A stretch of DNA of 64,000 nucleotides from Lama glama (lineage: Eukaryota): positions 55,552,001 through 55,616,000 of the forward strand of contig CM052841.1 of the NCBI GenBank assembly GCA_028534125.1, written 5' to 3'. A model generated the notes under the pieces. It worked only from the letters and a program-made list of their open reading frames with translations, did no database searches and was not told where the DNA came from. Numbering within the stretch: position 1 is the stretch's first letter; the number at the start of each line of letters is the position of its first letter. Shown in pieces: positions 25,310-37,700 of this stretch. The position numbers were made by a program, and so were the translations under genes.

Positions 25310-25934
25310 AATTTTTAAATTATAAGTAAAAAAAATGAAAGATTGCCTTCAAAACCCGCACACCCAATTCCATATTCAATTCTCCTCACAATGGAAACCA
25401 CTGTTGAAAATTTGCCTAAATCTTTCCAGATCTTTTCATGACTTTATATATATATATATACATGTATCACTCATACATATGATCATATTCTTTTATATTG
25501 TATCTTGCCCTTTTACTTCCCTATATCTTGATCTTTTCATTTTGGTCTATGTAGATCTATTTCATCCTTTTAAAAAATCTGTCATATTCCCAAGCGCGAA
25601 TCTACCAGAATATATTTAACATTTTGCTCCTTTAATGATCACTGCAACTCTTCCAGGGATGACTTCACAAATCAAACGCTGAAGAGAACATCTTTGTTCC
25701 CGCCTTTGTGCAGTGTGAGAATATTTTTCTGTAGAACAGACACCTAAGAAATATTCTAAGTTGAAGAATATTCACATTTTTGAAATGTTGCTAGCTCACT
25801 GCCCTACCGTTCCCCAAATAAAGCCAGATCCAATTTACAAACTCACCAATATTACACAGAAATAGACTTTCTCCCAATATTTACCGACATAGGATATCAT
25901 CAGTTTTACATTTTTTTTGTGTGCTAACTTAATG
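25310..25934 (-). mobile_element. Old L1M (L1ME-like) 3' region; resumes ~26890-26940
   Basis: 'tggaaaccactgttgaaaattt', 'ccaatttacaaactcaccaat', 'ttcattttcttaatt' are reverse L1 3' motifs. Confidence 0.7.
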
Positions 25935-26190
25935 GGTTGCATAGTTGTCACAAGGACTATTATGATGAGCAGTTGTCAATAGTCACAGGAGAATATGAAT
26001 TCCTTTAAGGCTAGTAAAGGATGCCAACTCAATTGTATGAGGATGGCTAAACACAGCAACAAGGAGCCAGGTGGTGTTCTCACCGGTGGGGCAAATTTTG
26101 TCATCTTTAACACCTGCACAAAGAAACATTTTTGCAGATAATACCACCCAAGCAGAGTAAAAGTCCTCCTGAGCCAGCAAGATGCCCCCT

Positions 26191-26654
26191 TATGGGGAGC
26201 AGAATGATGGTCCCCTAAAGATGTCCGTGTCTGAATTCTTGGGACCTGTGAATATGTTACCTTACGTGACAAAACGGAGATTGAAGGTGTGATTACATTT
26301 AAGGACCTGAGAGGGGGAGATGATCCTGTGTCACTGAAGTGGGCCCAACCTAATCACATGAGTCCTTAACAGAAGAAAACCTTTCCCAGGTATGATCAGA
26401 GGGAGCTTTGTACACAGAATCATGGTCAAAGAAATTCAGTGTTGCTGGCTTTGAAGCTGGAGCAAGTGGCCATGAGACAAGGAATGGGCAAGGACGTGGA
26501 TTCTCACCTAGAGCCTTGTCAATGTCTTGATTTTAACCAGGTGAGATTTGCGGCAGACTTCTAACCTGCAGAAATGTAAGATACCACATTTGTGTTGTTT
26601 AAGGCGTTAAGTTTGGGATAATTTGCCACACACTAGCAATAGAAAACTAATACA
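26191..26654 (+). mobile_element. MLT1D MaLR LTR, near full length
   Basis: 'gcagaatgatggtcccctaaagatgtcc...gggacctgtgaatatgttaccttac...gctggctttgaag...agcaatagaaaactaataca'. Confidence 0.92.
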
Positions 26655-26944
26655 GCCATCTTCATTGTATATTGGGGCAGGAGGCAATGATTATTATTTT
26701 TGGATTTCTTCTTCATGAGATATGGCAACAATCCTGCCTACCCACCAGGTACAAGAAACTGACAACAACCCGGGGCCCTGTATCAATATTTGCTGCAAGG
26801 ATTAAGAGAAGGTCAATTTACATTATTTTTGTTACTATCATCTGCCTAGCAGGCGCAGATGCAGGGTGAAGATCTGCTCAACTTCATGAAAAATAACAAC
26901 TCAATTGTGCTTCACATTTCATTTTCTTAATTGTGAACAGAATG

Positions 26945-27335
26945 TGAATGGTAAACAGAAGCATGAATAGCCCACCATCAAGATTAAATCTTTTATCTAA
27001 GACCTTATCACAGAGAAACCCTTGACTCAGAAATGTTCCTTTGGTGAATTCTACCAAATAGTTAAGAAAGAAAGAACACCATTATTATGTCAAGTCTTTC
27101 AGATCATAGAGGGGGAGGGAACACATGCCAATGCGCTGTGTGAGATGAGCGTAACCCTCATATCAAAAATCACAAAGGCCTTACAAAAAGAATATTACAA
27201 ACCAGTTCCCTTCATGAGCACAGAAACAAAAATCCTTAACAAAGTATTAGTAAATCAAATACAGTATCTAAAAAACGGGTAGTGTATCATGAGCATGAAG
27301 GGCTTATACCAGGAATGCAAAATTGGCCTTACATT
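26945..27335 (+). mobile_element. Degenerate L1 ORF2 (reverse transcriptase region) fragment
   Basis: ORF 27022-27282 'GEFYQIVKKERTPLL..IEGEGTHANAL..YKPVPFMSTETKILNKVLVNQIQ' parallels L1 ORF2p 'AEFYQ..KEEL.PIL..IE.EG.LPNSF..YRPISLMN.DAKILNKILANRIQ'. Confidence 0.9.
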
Positions 27336-27381
27336 CGCTGAACTGCTCACTTTAAAAATGGCTAATTTTGTGACATGTGAG

Positions 27382-27881
27382 NNNNNNNNNNNNNNNNNNN
27401 NNNNNNNNNNNNNNNNNNNNNNNNNNNNNNNNNNNNNNNNNNNNNNNNNNNNNNNNNNNNNNNNNNNNNNNNNNNNNNNNNNNNNNNNNNNNNNNNNNNN
27501 NNNNNNNNNNNNNNNNNNNNNNNNNNNNNNNNNNNNNNNNNNNNNNNNNNNNNNNNNNNNNNNNNNNNNNNNNNNNNNNNNNNNNNNNNNNNNNNNNNNN
27601 NNNNNNNNNNNNNNNNNNNNNNNNNNNNNNNNNNNNNNNNNNNNNNNNNNNNNNNNNNNNNNNNNNNNNNNNNNNNNNNNNNNNNNNNNNNNNNNNNNNN
27701 NNNNNNNNNNNNNNNNNNNNNNNNNNNNNNNNNNNNNNNNNNNNNNNNNNNNNNNNNNNNNNNNNNNNNNNNNNNNNNNNNNNNNNNNNNNNNNNNNNNN
27801 NNNNNNNNNNNNNNNNNNNNNNNNNNNNNNNNNNNNNNNNNNNNNNNNNNNNNNNNNNNNNNNNNNNNNNNNNNNNNNNNN
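27382..27881. other. Assembly gap (500 N) within L1
   Basis: Run of N. Confidence 0.99.
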
Positions 27882-28041
27882 TACGTCCACACAAAGACTT
27901 GTTCATGAGTGTTCACAGTGGCACTAATTTTAATAATGTCAAATACTAGAACTGAACCAAATGTCCATCAGGTGGTCATTGGATAAACAAAACAATGTCT
28001 ATCTGGATAGCGGGACACTATGCCATTAGAAGAATGAACTA

Positions 28042-28369
28042 CAGTTATCCTCAGTATCCAGTGTCTGCAGGGGATTGGTTCCAGGAACTCCCAGGATACC
28101 AAAATCCACAGATGCTCAAGCCCTAACTTATAAAATGGTATGGTATTTGCATATAGCCTACAAACATTTTGCTGTACACTTTAATGACCTCTAGATTACT
28201 TACAATACCTAATACATTGTAAATGCTATGTAAATAGCTGCCAGGACTCAGCAAATTCAAGTTTTGCTTTTTGGAACTTTCTGGAATGTTTTTTTTCCCC
28301 CTGAATATTTTTGGTCCACATTTAGTTGAATCCGTGAGTGTGGAACCTGCAGATACAAAGGATCAACTG
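28042..28369 (+). mobile_element. MER2B-like TcMar-Tigger MITE
   Basis: Termini CAGTTATCC... / ...GGATCAACTG with TA on both sides (28040-41, 28370-71). Internal 'ggattggttccagga...ggataccaaaatccacagatgctcaag'. Confidence 0.92.
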
Positions 28370-28855
28370 TATTGGTAGCTCAAAACATTAGGCTTCGTGA
28401 AAGAAACCTTACTTTCAGAATGTACAGACTGTATGGGTTATTCTATGTGAAATTCCAGAACAGGCACATCTAACCTATAGTGGAAAAGAATCAGAACTGT
28501 GATTGTATCGGGAGAGAGTGAGTTCAGCAAATGACTGGGAATGGGTATAAGGAAACTTAACTGGGAAAACGGGAAGGTTCTATATCTTGAGAGGGGTTTG
28601 GGTTACACAGGTAAACACATTTGTCAAAGCTCAGTGCATTCCTCAAGATGTGTACATCTCACTGTATGTAAATTCTACAACAGGAGGAAAAAGTATAAAT
28701 AAATATTGAGTCCTGTTGATAAGAATGCTGAAGCTCTTAGAGTGACTATACAGATGCTTGCAGATTCCTCTGAGATATTAAAAAAAAAGGGAAAAGGAGT
28801 CGATGAATGGATGGCTAGATATGTTATAAAACAAGCATAGTAAAATATTAATAGT

Positions 28856-29045
28856 NNNNNNNNNNNNNNNNNNNNNNNNNNNNNNNNNNNNNNNNNNNNN
28901 NNNNNNNNNNNNNNNNNNNNNNNNNNNNNNNNNNNNNNNNNNNNNNNNNNNNNNNNNNNNNNNNNNNNNNNNNNNNNNNNNNNNNNNNNNNNNNNNNNNN
29001 NNNNNNNNNNNNNNNNNNNNNNNNNNNNNNNNNNNNNNNNNNNNN
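28856..29045. other. Assembly gap (190 N)
   Basis: Run of N. Confidence 0.99.
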
Positions 29046-29480
29046 CGGATGAACAGATAAATGGAATGTGTCATACCCAAACAATGGAATACTAGGGGGT
29101 AATAAAAAGCAATAAAGTATCGATCCATGTTGCAACACGGATGGACCCTGAAGACATTATGCTCAGTGACAGAAGCTAGTCACAGAAGGCCACATGTTGT
29201 GTGATTCTATTTATCTGAAATGTCTTTAATAGGCAAGTCTATAGAGACAGAAAGTAGATTATTGGCTTCCTAGAGCTATGAGATGGTGGAAAGGACTTGG
29301 GAGTGGGAAGGAGAGTGACTGATGATGGATATGGAACTTTCTGGAAGGAACAATCAAAATATTCTAAAATCATTGGTGGTGAGGGTTGCACAATTCTGCA
29401 AATATACTAAAAGCTTTGAATTACATACTTTCAATAGATGAATTGTATACCATACAATGTGAATCAGATCTTAATGAGAC
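29046..29480 (+). mobile_element. L1MB-like 3' end
   Basis: 'ggatggaccctgaagacattatgctcagtga...aataggcaagtctatagagacagaaagtagatt...ggttgcacaattctg'. Confidence 0.85.
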
Positions 29481-29849
29481 GACCATTAGATTTGTCAGTA
29501 ATAAAATCTAGATGGTGAATATACAGGTGTTTACTGTAAAGTTATCTTCAGCTTGCTGTCTATTTTGAAAGCCTTTAAAATAACACAATCTTAATAAGAT
29601 CTCGATTGGAATTGTCTTCCATTTAGAGATTTATATGGACCAAACTGATATCTGTACAACAGTCTTTCCATTTAGGAATAGACCATCTGCTGTTTAAATT
29701 TTTTTTCCCCCGCCTTCCTTTCTATCTGTCATCTCAGGCCACCTTTGTTGAGTGTGTGGCAAGATCCACTATTCCATCACTGCACAGCTGTGGGATGTGA
29801 GAAAGACCTTCCTTTAATGCTGCAGAAACAAAAATCCCTGTCCCTTCTT

Positions 29850-30270
29850 CACTCGAACTTGCTCTTAGCTTCATGAAACTTCTTTCACATTTCATTCCAT
29901 CCTATGTGATGGCAACAGTCGTAAGTCGATGAGTCCCCAGTTTTTCAGGCTTTACGTGCCTTTCAGGTTTTTTTTTTTAAACTATTTTCATGATTCTGAG
30001 ACCCTTCACTAGCAGGGGTGACTTTCTCTGAAAGTCGTCACTTTCTCCTAAGCTCCTAGTTATAACAGGAATGAAACAGTATGGCTGGGGTAAGTCTGAT
30101 TACTACAGAGTAGAGAAGAATTATCTACCCTCATGGAAAAGATTTTGCTTCTATTAATACAATTTAGAATTACAATAGCTTTTCCAGGCAACTGTAGAGC
30201 ATTGCTTTTGAATTTAAACCCATTAGTCTATTACCATGTATTACCAAGCACTCTATTTTTTTTTTTTACA
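29850..30270 (-). mobile_element. L3/CR1 fragment
   Basis: 'ttcttttcaggct'-like tract, 'ggagtagagaagaattatctaccctc', 'ttacaatagcttttcc'. Confidence 0.45.
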
Positions 30271-31189
30271 TCTATTTCTGAATTGATTCCCCCTCCCTGA
30301 AAAACAACTCAAGGACTTTCCTCAGCAAGTGTTTTCAGAGTGCTAGTGTCTGGATGCCTGGTTTATTGGCCACCTACCTTCGAAAGAGCTGCTTTTCTGG
30401 ATTTGCGTCATGTTCGTGATGAAAAAAAGCACGGAGAATCACTCTCAGCTGTAGCGATATTCATAGACTCCCCAGATTGGAAGAGACCTTAAAAGACCGT
30501 CTCATTCCTCCTCCTGACACCCGGCAGGGATGCTATCTACACGAATCCTCTTCAGAGAGAGGGCAGCAGCTGTCACCAATCTCCCCAGCTCTCCAGGCTG
30601 TCCCCCTGTGACCCAGTCTCAGGTTGGCGTATTCCCGTGGATTAAGAGTTTTGAGAGCCTTGGATGAATGCAGTACTGAAATTAGCAGGAAGTAGTGGAA
30701 GTAATTTGCCTGCACTCAGCGTCTTGTGCCGACAGCATCTGCCAAAAGAGGGGAACTGCGGGCAGGCGGAGATGGTGTACACGCCAAGGGTGATGAGGGG
30801 CTTGGAGCTCCCTGCACCAGAGGCCGCTAATTACTTACTCCCAGTCATTCACTTGGAGAGGATGCTATGAATAGAAATCCACCTCCCCACGTGCTGCCCA
30901 GCGCCGATGCAGGGAAAGATTTTCCAAGGAAAGTAGGTCAGCGCAGTTCCTGGATAGAGAGGATCACTTTACCTATCGTCTGGGTCAGTCCCAAGACCTA
31001 GGGGGCTCCTACGGGTAAGAGACCAGCATTCTTAGTTCAGGGAGACTTTTCTTGCTTTTCACAGTATTTCTGCTGGGCTCACGGTAGCGCAGAACAGGAG
31101 GCAAGATGTGGGTCATGAGATTCCAAAACTGGCCACTGAGTGATGAGATTCAAAAAGCCTTGGCTACTCCAAAATACTTATTAATTACT

Positions 31190-31345
31190 GCGGTGATATT
31201 AACACATGTCCACAATTTTTTTTTTTTTTTGAGACTCCTCTTCCGGGAGGTGGAGCTTCCTTCCCCTCCCCGTGAGTGTGGGCTGGACGCGGTGATTTGC
31301 TTCTAACCAGGAGAACGGAATGATGCCTGTGGGGTGACTCACTTC
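31190..31345 (+). mobile_element. MLT1F-like LTR 5' fragment
   Basis: 'actcctcttccgggaggtggagc...cccctccccgtgagtgtgggctggac...gtgatttgcttctaacca'. Confidence 0.6.
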
Positions 31346-31430
31346 CTCTTTCAAGTCAGGAGGATGGAAGCCGGGGGCGGGGTGGGGGTGGGGCGGACGT
31401 TTAACATGGGGACCGGTCAGGGGAATCCCC
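31335..31430. promoter_or_regulatory. Candidate enhancer/promoter: AP-1 + PU.1/ETS + GC boxes + NF-kappaB p50 site
   Basis: TGACTCA 31335-41, CACTTCCTCTTT 31340-51, GGGGCGGGG 31374-82, GGGGCGG 31390-96, GGGGAATCCCC 31420-30. Confidence 0.5.
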
Positions 31431-31717
31431 TTCATTTCTGTGTCGCGTGCGAGGAACCCTAGAGCAGGCAGTGCACGCTCTCTAGGTTAATCAAAATCCT
31501 GGGAAGGGTCTTATGAAGACCCTTCGTAAGTGTTAATAGGGATTTTATCTGCTTATTTCGGGTTACGGTTTACAATTCTTTTAAATGTGAAGTAATCTTC
31601 CCCACCTTCCCCAAATGCTCATTCTTGTAGATGTCATTAGTGTTGAAACAATGCTTTCGCAAGTCCCAGTTCTCTGTAGATGCATTCTTTTCAGATGTAT
31701 TAGACAAACAAAAAAAC

Positions 31718-31721
<4 letters not shown>

Positions 31722-31759
<38 letters not shown>
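31722..31759 (+). repeat. (CA)19 microsatellite
   Basis: Read directly from the sequence. Confidence 0.97.
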
Positions 31760-31762
<3 letters not shown>

Positions 31763-31779
31763 CAAGGTAAGGGAAAAAT

Positions 31780-33358
31780 GCTAAGCTTGCGATGGAGAAA
31801 TACAGCAGACACCCCCTTAACTGACCGATTAAGGTTAAGAGCAGCAGTGATGCTGACATCACGGAGCCGGGGCTGGCTTCACGGATGTGCGGCCTGTGCG
31901 GTCACTCAGGGATCTACACTCAGGAGGTTCCGACGCTTGACTTAATGCTCTGCTTCCGGTGCATTGAAATTATTAGTCATTTTATCTTTGAGCTGTGTTT
32001 TTGTAAGTTAAAGTCTGACAGGGACTGGAGCGCGTGTGTAAGCGGGAGATATATGTGCAACATACATGCCCACCGTTCCTTGCACCCTGTTTACACAGAG
32101 GATGCCCCATGAACACAGGATTCCAGTGAACCCGTGACACGTGGGGGTTCAGCAAGACTCAAATACAAGGTGAGTATATTGCATCTGGGACTCAGTAAGC
32201 AGGGAGACTGACAGCCCTTAGAAGCCAGATGTCCCCTTTGAATCAGAACTTGCTTTGAACAGAGAAGAAAAAAGCCATGGTGCTGCATAAAACAAATCAC
32301 CAAGAAACCCTATCATATCCTTTCTTACTTCCCTGTTCTTTCCCCGTTTCAGCGTCATATTTATGCTGGAAATGACAACAGAAGGAACATGAAATACAGG
32401 GCCATGCATGGCCCTTTCCCTTCAGTCTTTTCTTATTCATCAGTGAGCAGATGGTAGAGAGTGTTGGTAGAGTGTGTGATATCAAGAAGTGAAATAGAAA
32501 CAGTGGAGTTAGTTTTGTACAGTTTGGGTAAGAACAAAACACGTGCATGTGCAAGCGTCAAAATACGAATTGTGTAATTTTGATGAGTCCGCACACAAGT
32601 TAAATGCTCCTGTATGCGTACTTTAAAACTGTCATTGCTCAATACAATGATGAACAATAAAACTCTAGCCAAGAATTTTAAATGTTATTTTTTTCTTTAT
32701 GTAGGATGACGTTAAATAAATAGCAAAGAAAAAAACACCATAAAAAGGTGAAAGAGAAATTGTGGATGAAAAGGAAAAAGTTTCTATTTAGTACCTTTAA
32801 CATTTTTTTTCCTGCTTTTTGTTGAACAAGGAGCTTTACCTTTTCATTTTACACTGGGCTCCCAAAATTACGTAGCCATCCCTGTGTATGTCACTATGTC
32901 GTTGATTTTATGTGATCATCTCTTTTGATATTCCCCCCCTAAATACTTTAATCTAATTATAAGAAAGAGATAAACTCAAGTTTCGGACATTCTCAAAATA
33001 CCTGAATACTCTTTAAATGAGTCCAACTGTGTTCATGGAAGGCAAGGAGAGATCAAGAAACCGTCAAAGAACCAAAGGAGATTAAGGAGACACCACGACC
33101 TAATGCCACGTGGTCTCCTGGATCAGATCCTGGAACAGAAAAAAGACATTAGGGGGAAAACTGTTGAAACACAAGTCAAGTCTGTTGTCCAGTTAATAGA
33201 ACTCGTGTTAGTAACCCATGTTAATCTCTCAGTTTTCATGAATGTAGCACCTACACACGGGATGTTAAGCAGGGTGATGGGTATGTGGGAATGCCGTGTG
33301 CTACCTTTGCAACTCTTCTATAAATCTAAATTATTTCAAAATAAGAAAAGTTAAAAAA
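31780..33358 (+). mobile_element. L1MC/L1MD-like 3' end split by MER45B
   Basis: 'tggagaaatacagcagacacccccttaac' upstream of the insert; 'ggatcagatcctggaacagaaaaaagacatta...ttgcaactcttctataaatctaaa' downstream. Confidence 0.8.
31868..32884 (+). mobile_element. MER45B-like hAT-Tip100 element (~1 kb)
   Basis: Starts 'cggggctggcttcacggatgtgcggcctgtgcggtc' and ends 'gaacaaggagc...ttttcattttacactgggctcccaaaattacgtagccatccctg'. Both are MER45 termini, and the length fits MER45B. Confidence 0.85.
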
Positions 33359-34534
33359 GAATTAAGTCAGGCTTTATGCGGAGCACTGCTAAAGTTGTGT
33401 TCTTGTATATGTTCTTTAATCTTCATAGCAGCACTACAGTGTGTGTGTGTGTGTGTGTACATATATTCTCCATTTTACAAAAGGAAATAACCCCAGAATG
33501 TCAAAACGACAACCTAAGATCATAAATATCTTAAGTGGTGGGGCTAAGATCAAACCCAAGTCCAATGATCTCTTTCTTCTCTAAACATTATTATGTCTCA
33601 CTGTCTCCCAAATGAAGTCCAAAATCCTGTACCTTGTAAGCCAAGGTCTCCCTTATTTTGCTTTAGCTCCATTCTTACCTTGTTTTCTACTTGCTTCATA
33701 CATGTAACTTACACCAAATTTAGTTTCTTCCTAATTAATTACTAGGCATAAAATGTATGTTCCCAACTTTATGTCCAGATTCAGGTTGCTTCCCTTGCCC
33801 TACCTTCCCCTTTCCTCTCCACCTGAAATATCTACAAAACCAAGTCTTCCTTGATAATTATGACCCAGTCCTGATGCTCTTTTCTCTTTGAAACTTTATC
33901 TTTCTTTTAGAAGTGGTCTCTCTTCCTCTCCTCAAATGCCATAGCAATGTGTGAAATTCTATATGATTAATAATTTAAAAGTAATAATGCATTATTATTA
34001 AACATTTACTAGTGACAGACACTTTTCTAGGGTTTGTGTATGTATCATCTCATATTCTTCTCAGAGGACAAAAGTCCTCCAAGGTAGATACAATCATTTT
34101 GTCTATTTTATAGGTGAAAACTGAGACTTGCAGAGTTTAAGAAATCACCCAAGGTCATAGAGTTACAAATAGTATTATGATAAAATGATATAATTTTTCA
34201 ATGAAGGATTTCTTAAAGACCAATTAGCTCAACCAATTATCCAGTGCTTGGACTTTCTTTAGCATAGGAGGAACCTAGACCCAGAGAGATAAACTTGGTT
34301 TGTTACAAAATACATCAATGACACAAATGGACTAGAACTTGACAATCCTACTACCAGGCTGTGTCCACCATGCCAAACTGTAGCTTCGTATATTTCTGCC
34401 TGATGAGTGTTCTCAGCCCATCAGGAGCACTGGCAGAACATCAAGGCAACTCCAGGATGAAGCAGCCTTCCCACAGTTCTCAGGAGAATCCAGGAAATGT
34501 CTCTGCTTTGGAGGATTTAACAACTTATGAGAAC

Positions 34535-34712
34535 AGTCCTCAATCTCTAGTTCCCAGACCAGCAGCATCAACATTACCTGAAATCTTTTTTGAAATGAAA
34601 ATTGGGTCCTACCCAAGACCAACTAAATTAGGAACTCTTGGTTATGGTCCAGGACTCTGATTAATGAGCCTTCCAAGTAATTATGCTGCTTGCTGAAGTT
34701 TGAGAACTACTG
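34535..34712 (+). mobile_element. MER5A hAT-Charlie MITE
   Basis: 'cccagaccagcagcatcaacattacctg...aagtttgagaactactg'. Confidence 0.85.
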
Positions 34713-37700
34713 TATGAGGGCAAATTCTAAAGCAGGGATAGAGAGGTATATTACCAACTGCAGCAATTCTGTGAGTTTTCTGGGCTACTGTGGTGGAGTT
34801 GTTTGTTTCACGAGGCACCTGCTTTTCCTTTTTCTTAATAGGCTCACTTGTCCATTAGCATCTGAATCAGGAAGAACAGGCGAGAGGAACATTTCCAGCT
34901 GGAGCAAGGTCAGCATCTTGGCTTTATCTGCCTCAAATCTATTCTCCTCTCTCTCGGGTGAGAGTTTTCATATGGGCTCTCAGTATAAAAAGGTTAATGC
35001 AAAACATGTCAGGGATTCCTTTTATGCACTGGGTACTCTCATTTCCCCTTGCAGTAGGATCTGTTTTCCCTCTCCTCACTCCCATGGACTGACACTCCCA
35101 ACTACTCTAGCGGCTCCCAGATTCTCTTATGGCACTTTCATTATACTGACGCAGTCCAGCATGGAAACTGTCAATACCTCTACATCTGTCTAGCTCCGAC
35201 TAATCCATTCACATCCAGCTACCAAAGGCAGTGGTGACTAGCTATTCTTTGCATCAAAATGCCGTATAGTGAACACCTGATCCAGAAGAAACCCCTTCAT
35301 AAATGGCCAACAACTCCTGTTTTATCATAAGGTCAAGTTTCTGCCCTGTAGGAATACTCTTACTTAGTAAATAAACCACCAGGAAAGAAAATTGAAGGGA
35401 TTGGCTAATCCAAAATAAGAGGTTTAGAGATAAAGAGCCAACATGATAGAGACATGTGAGGCTTGGAGAGAAGGTTCCTGGAGCCACCTTGGATTATTCA
35501 TTCATTCAGTCTGTGCCAGATGCAGAGCACGCACATTTCATTTCCAGACCTACAGCAGATGCTTCTAGAATGTCTCTTGTCTTTGCCATCATGAGAAAAG
35601 CTGTGGTCCTGCCAGAAGAACCCAATTGTCTGTCTGTGAATGATCCAAAGGTCTTGGCCTGGGACCCAGTTCTGTCATGCATGGTGGGATGAAGTAATCC
35701 TAAATCCTGAGGTTGCTGTACCGTCAAAAAATTGTGTGCTGGACAATCCTCCTCCTCCAACTCATACCCTAGGTCCTAATGATCAATGCCCCCTCTCTTT
35801 CCTACCTCATTTCCCCCTTGCCCCATCTACCAATCTCCTAAGGTTTTTTTTTTTTTTTGATACACCTGGCAGGAGTTTGTTCCAATCAACAAATATTAAC
35901 TGAACACCAACACTGTGCAAACCGTCATGCTACCTGTAATAAAAGGATGCAGTGTATAGGTTTCTTTTGCATGAAAACCCTGATCGATCAATAGAAACAG
36001 CTTAGGGGACTTTGTTATGAAGTATTCTGAGGTCTTTTCCAAGCACTATGGTAAAGAATGCTATGATTGATTATTAATGTCTGCCTAGAGGAAGGGATGA
36101 GGGAGAGGCAGTATGTTACATCCATTTATAAGGAATATAAATATGTATTAAGGGAGCCCCTGTCCCAAAGAGTCTCTCAATTTATTGGAAAGACAGAGAA
36201 ATATATAAACAGCTAAATCACAAGATATGCAAAGCAATACTGAAATGTTAACAAATTCTATGACAACATTTGGGGGGCAAACAATTTATCTTGACAACGA
36301 AGATTGAGAAAGGTCTAGTGTAGGTGGCAAAATCTGAGCTGGTTTTAAATGGAATTAAATCATTTGGGAGTCCGAGTCAAAGTTACAACTCTGCAAGCAG
36401 CCTTTAGCTATTTAATTTTGTGTCACTTCGTTCTTTCTTTTTCAAGTCCAGCATTTCCTTTTGGACTTTGTGAGTTTTATGCCTGGTATCATTAGAATCT
36501 AAGAGGCTATTGTCAACCTTGATCTCCAGATTCCTTCCCTGACTTCTTTAAGGCAACGTTTCCTGGCCCTCCTGCTCATGGGATGCCTGATCCCACTCCC
36601 AACTTGTCCTTGAGCACTTTGGGGGACTGGGATCCAGTCCAGCCTCTAAGGACAGAGGAGGATTCCCATTGTCTCACAACGTGCCCATTGTCCTACCATT
36701 AAGTGTTAATCGCCTTCCTTCAAATGTGACATTTTCCTTTTTTACAAACAACACAATGACTTGGAAAGAAAGTGGTATTTATAAATTTAATTTGTCATTG
36801 TTTGCATCAGAGACTATCTGGTATGATTCAGGCTGGGAGTCAAAAGAAGCTAGATTCCCCATTGTGTGCACTGGAACATGGCATCCTTGAAAGTGAGCTG
36901 GCCAAAAAAAGGAAAGAAGGTCTGGGTTGAAATCCTTTCCCTGATCTTCTCTGAGACCTCCAGAAAAATCACAGTTTCTCTGAGTCATCATTTTATCATG
37001 TGTCCAGTGAGATGGGTAGAGATGATCTATATGTTCTACTCTTGCGCCAATTTCTGCGATGTACATAAAAAGGTAATTCTATGGGATAGTGGATCAGAGA
37101 TTGTAATCAGACACTGGAAATCTGCCTCAAGTCACTTGCTTAGAGCCCGTCAGGAGTTCTGACTACTCACCCAGTTGCAAGCAGAGGGGAGATGGAATGA
37201 AAATAGAGATATGGCTGGATCTACTCAGGAGGTAACTTCAGAATCGGACACCTGTGATGGTAGGATGTGACCGGCCACAGTACAAAGGAAAGTCTAAAGG
37301 GAGTGCCACGCAGGAGCACAGAATTCTTGACAGAGTGGCCTCACCCGCTAGCAAAGTGCTGCAATGGATACTCCAGGCAGGACTAGAGAAGGAGTGAGCA
37401 GATGGGCAGAGACATGACATGAGGAGGTAGCTCCCTCCTCACCAACCAGTTTTAAAACATCTCCCCAAAGCCATGTGATCCAACCAGTAACTTCCTAATA
37501 ACCTGGCCTATCAGGGCTAAACTCAGCAGCCGCCTTCTTTGTGAAAGCACAGAGAAACCGCCACCACCGAAACAAAGCACCGTGTGAAGCACTTGAGAAT
37601 AACTGAACGGCAATCTGCTTTTGGATAATTATAAATGTATTTGGAGTTCAGAGAAGAAAGGTCAGTATAAACTGAAGAGATAAGCAAAGGCCTCCTGGAT

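Larger units (their letters stand above)
27882..29585 (+). mobile_element. Old L1M 3' end (L1MC/L1ME-like) carrying nested MER2B and L1MB inserts
   Basis: 'aaccaaatgtccatca...tggataaacaaa', 'aatctagatggtgaatatacaggtgtttactgtaaa'. Confidence 0.8.

Noticed and set aside
27255-27949. Long X-containing ORFs here and at 11.8, 28.8, 43.0, 56.9 and 58.7 kb
   Set aside because: Artefacts of translating through N gaps.
34690-35193. 167-aa ORF
   Set aside because: Begins within MER5A at a non-ATG codon; no coding signature.
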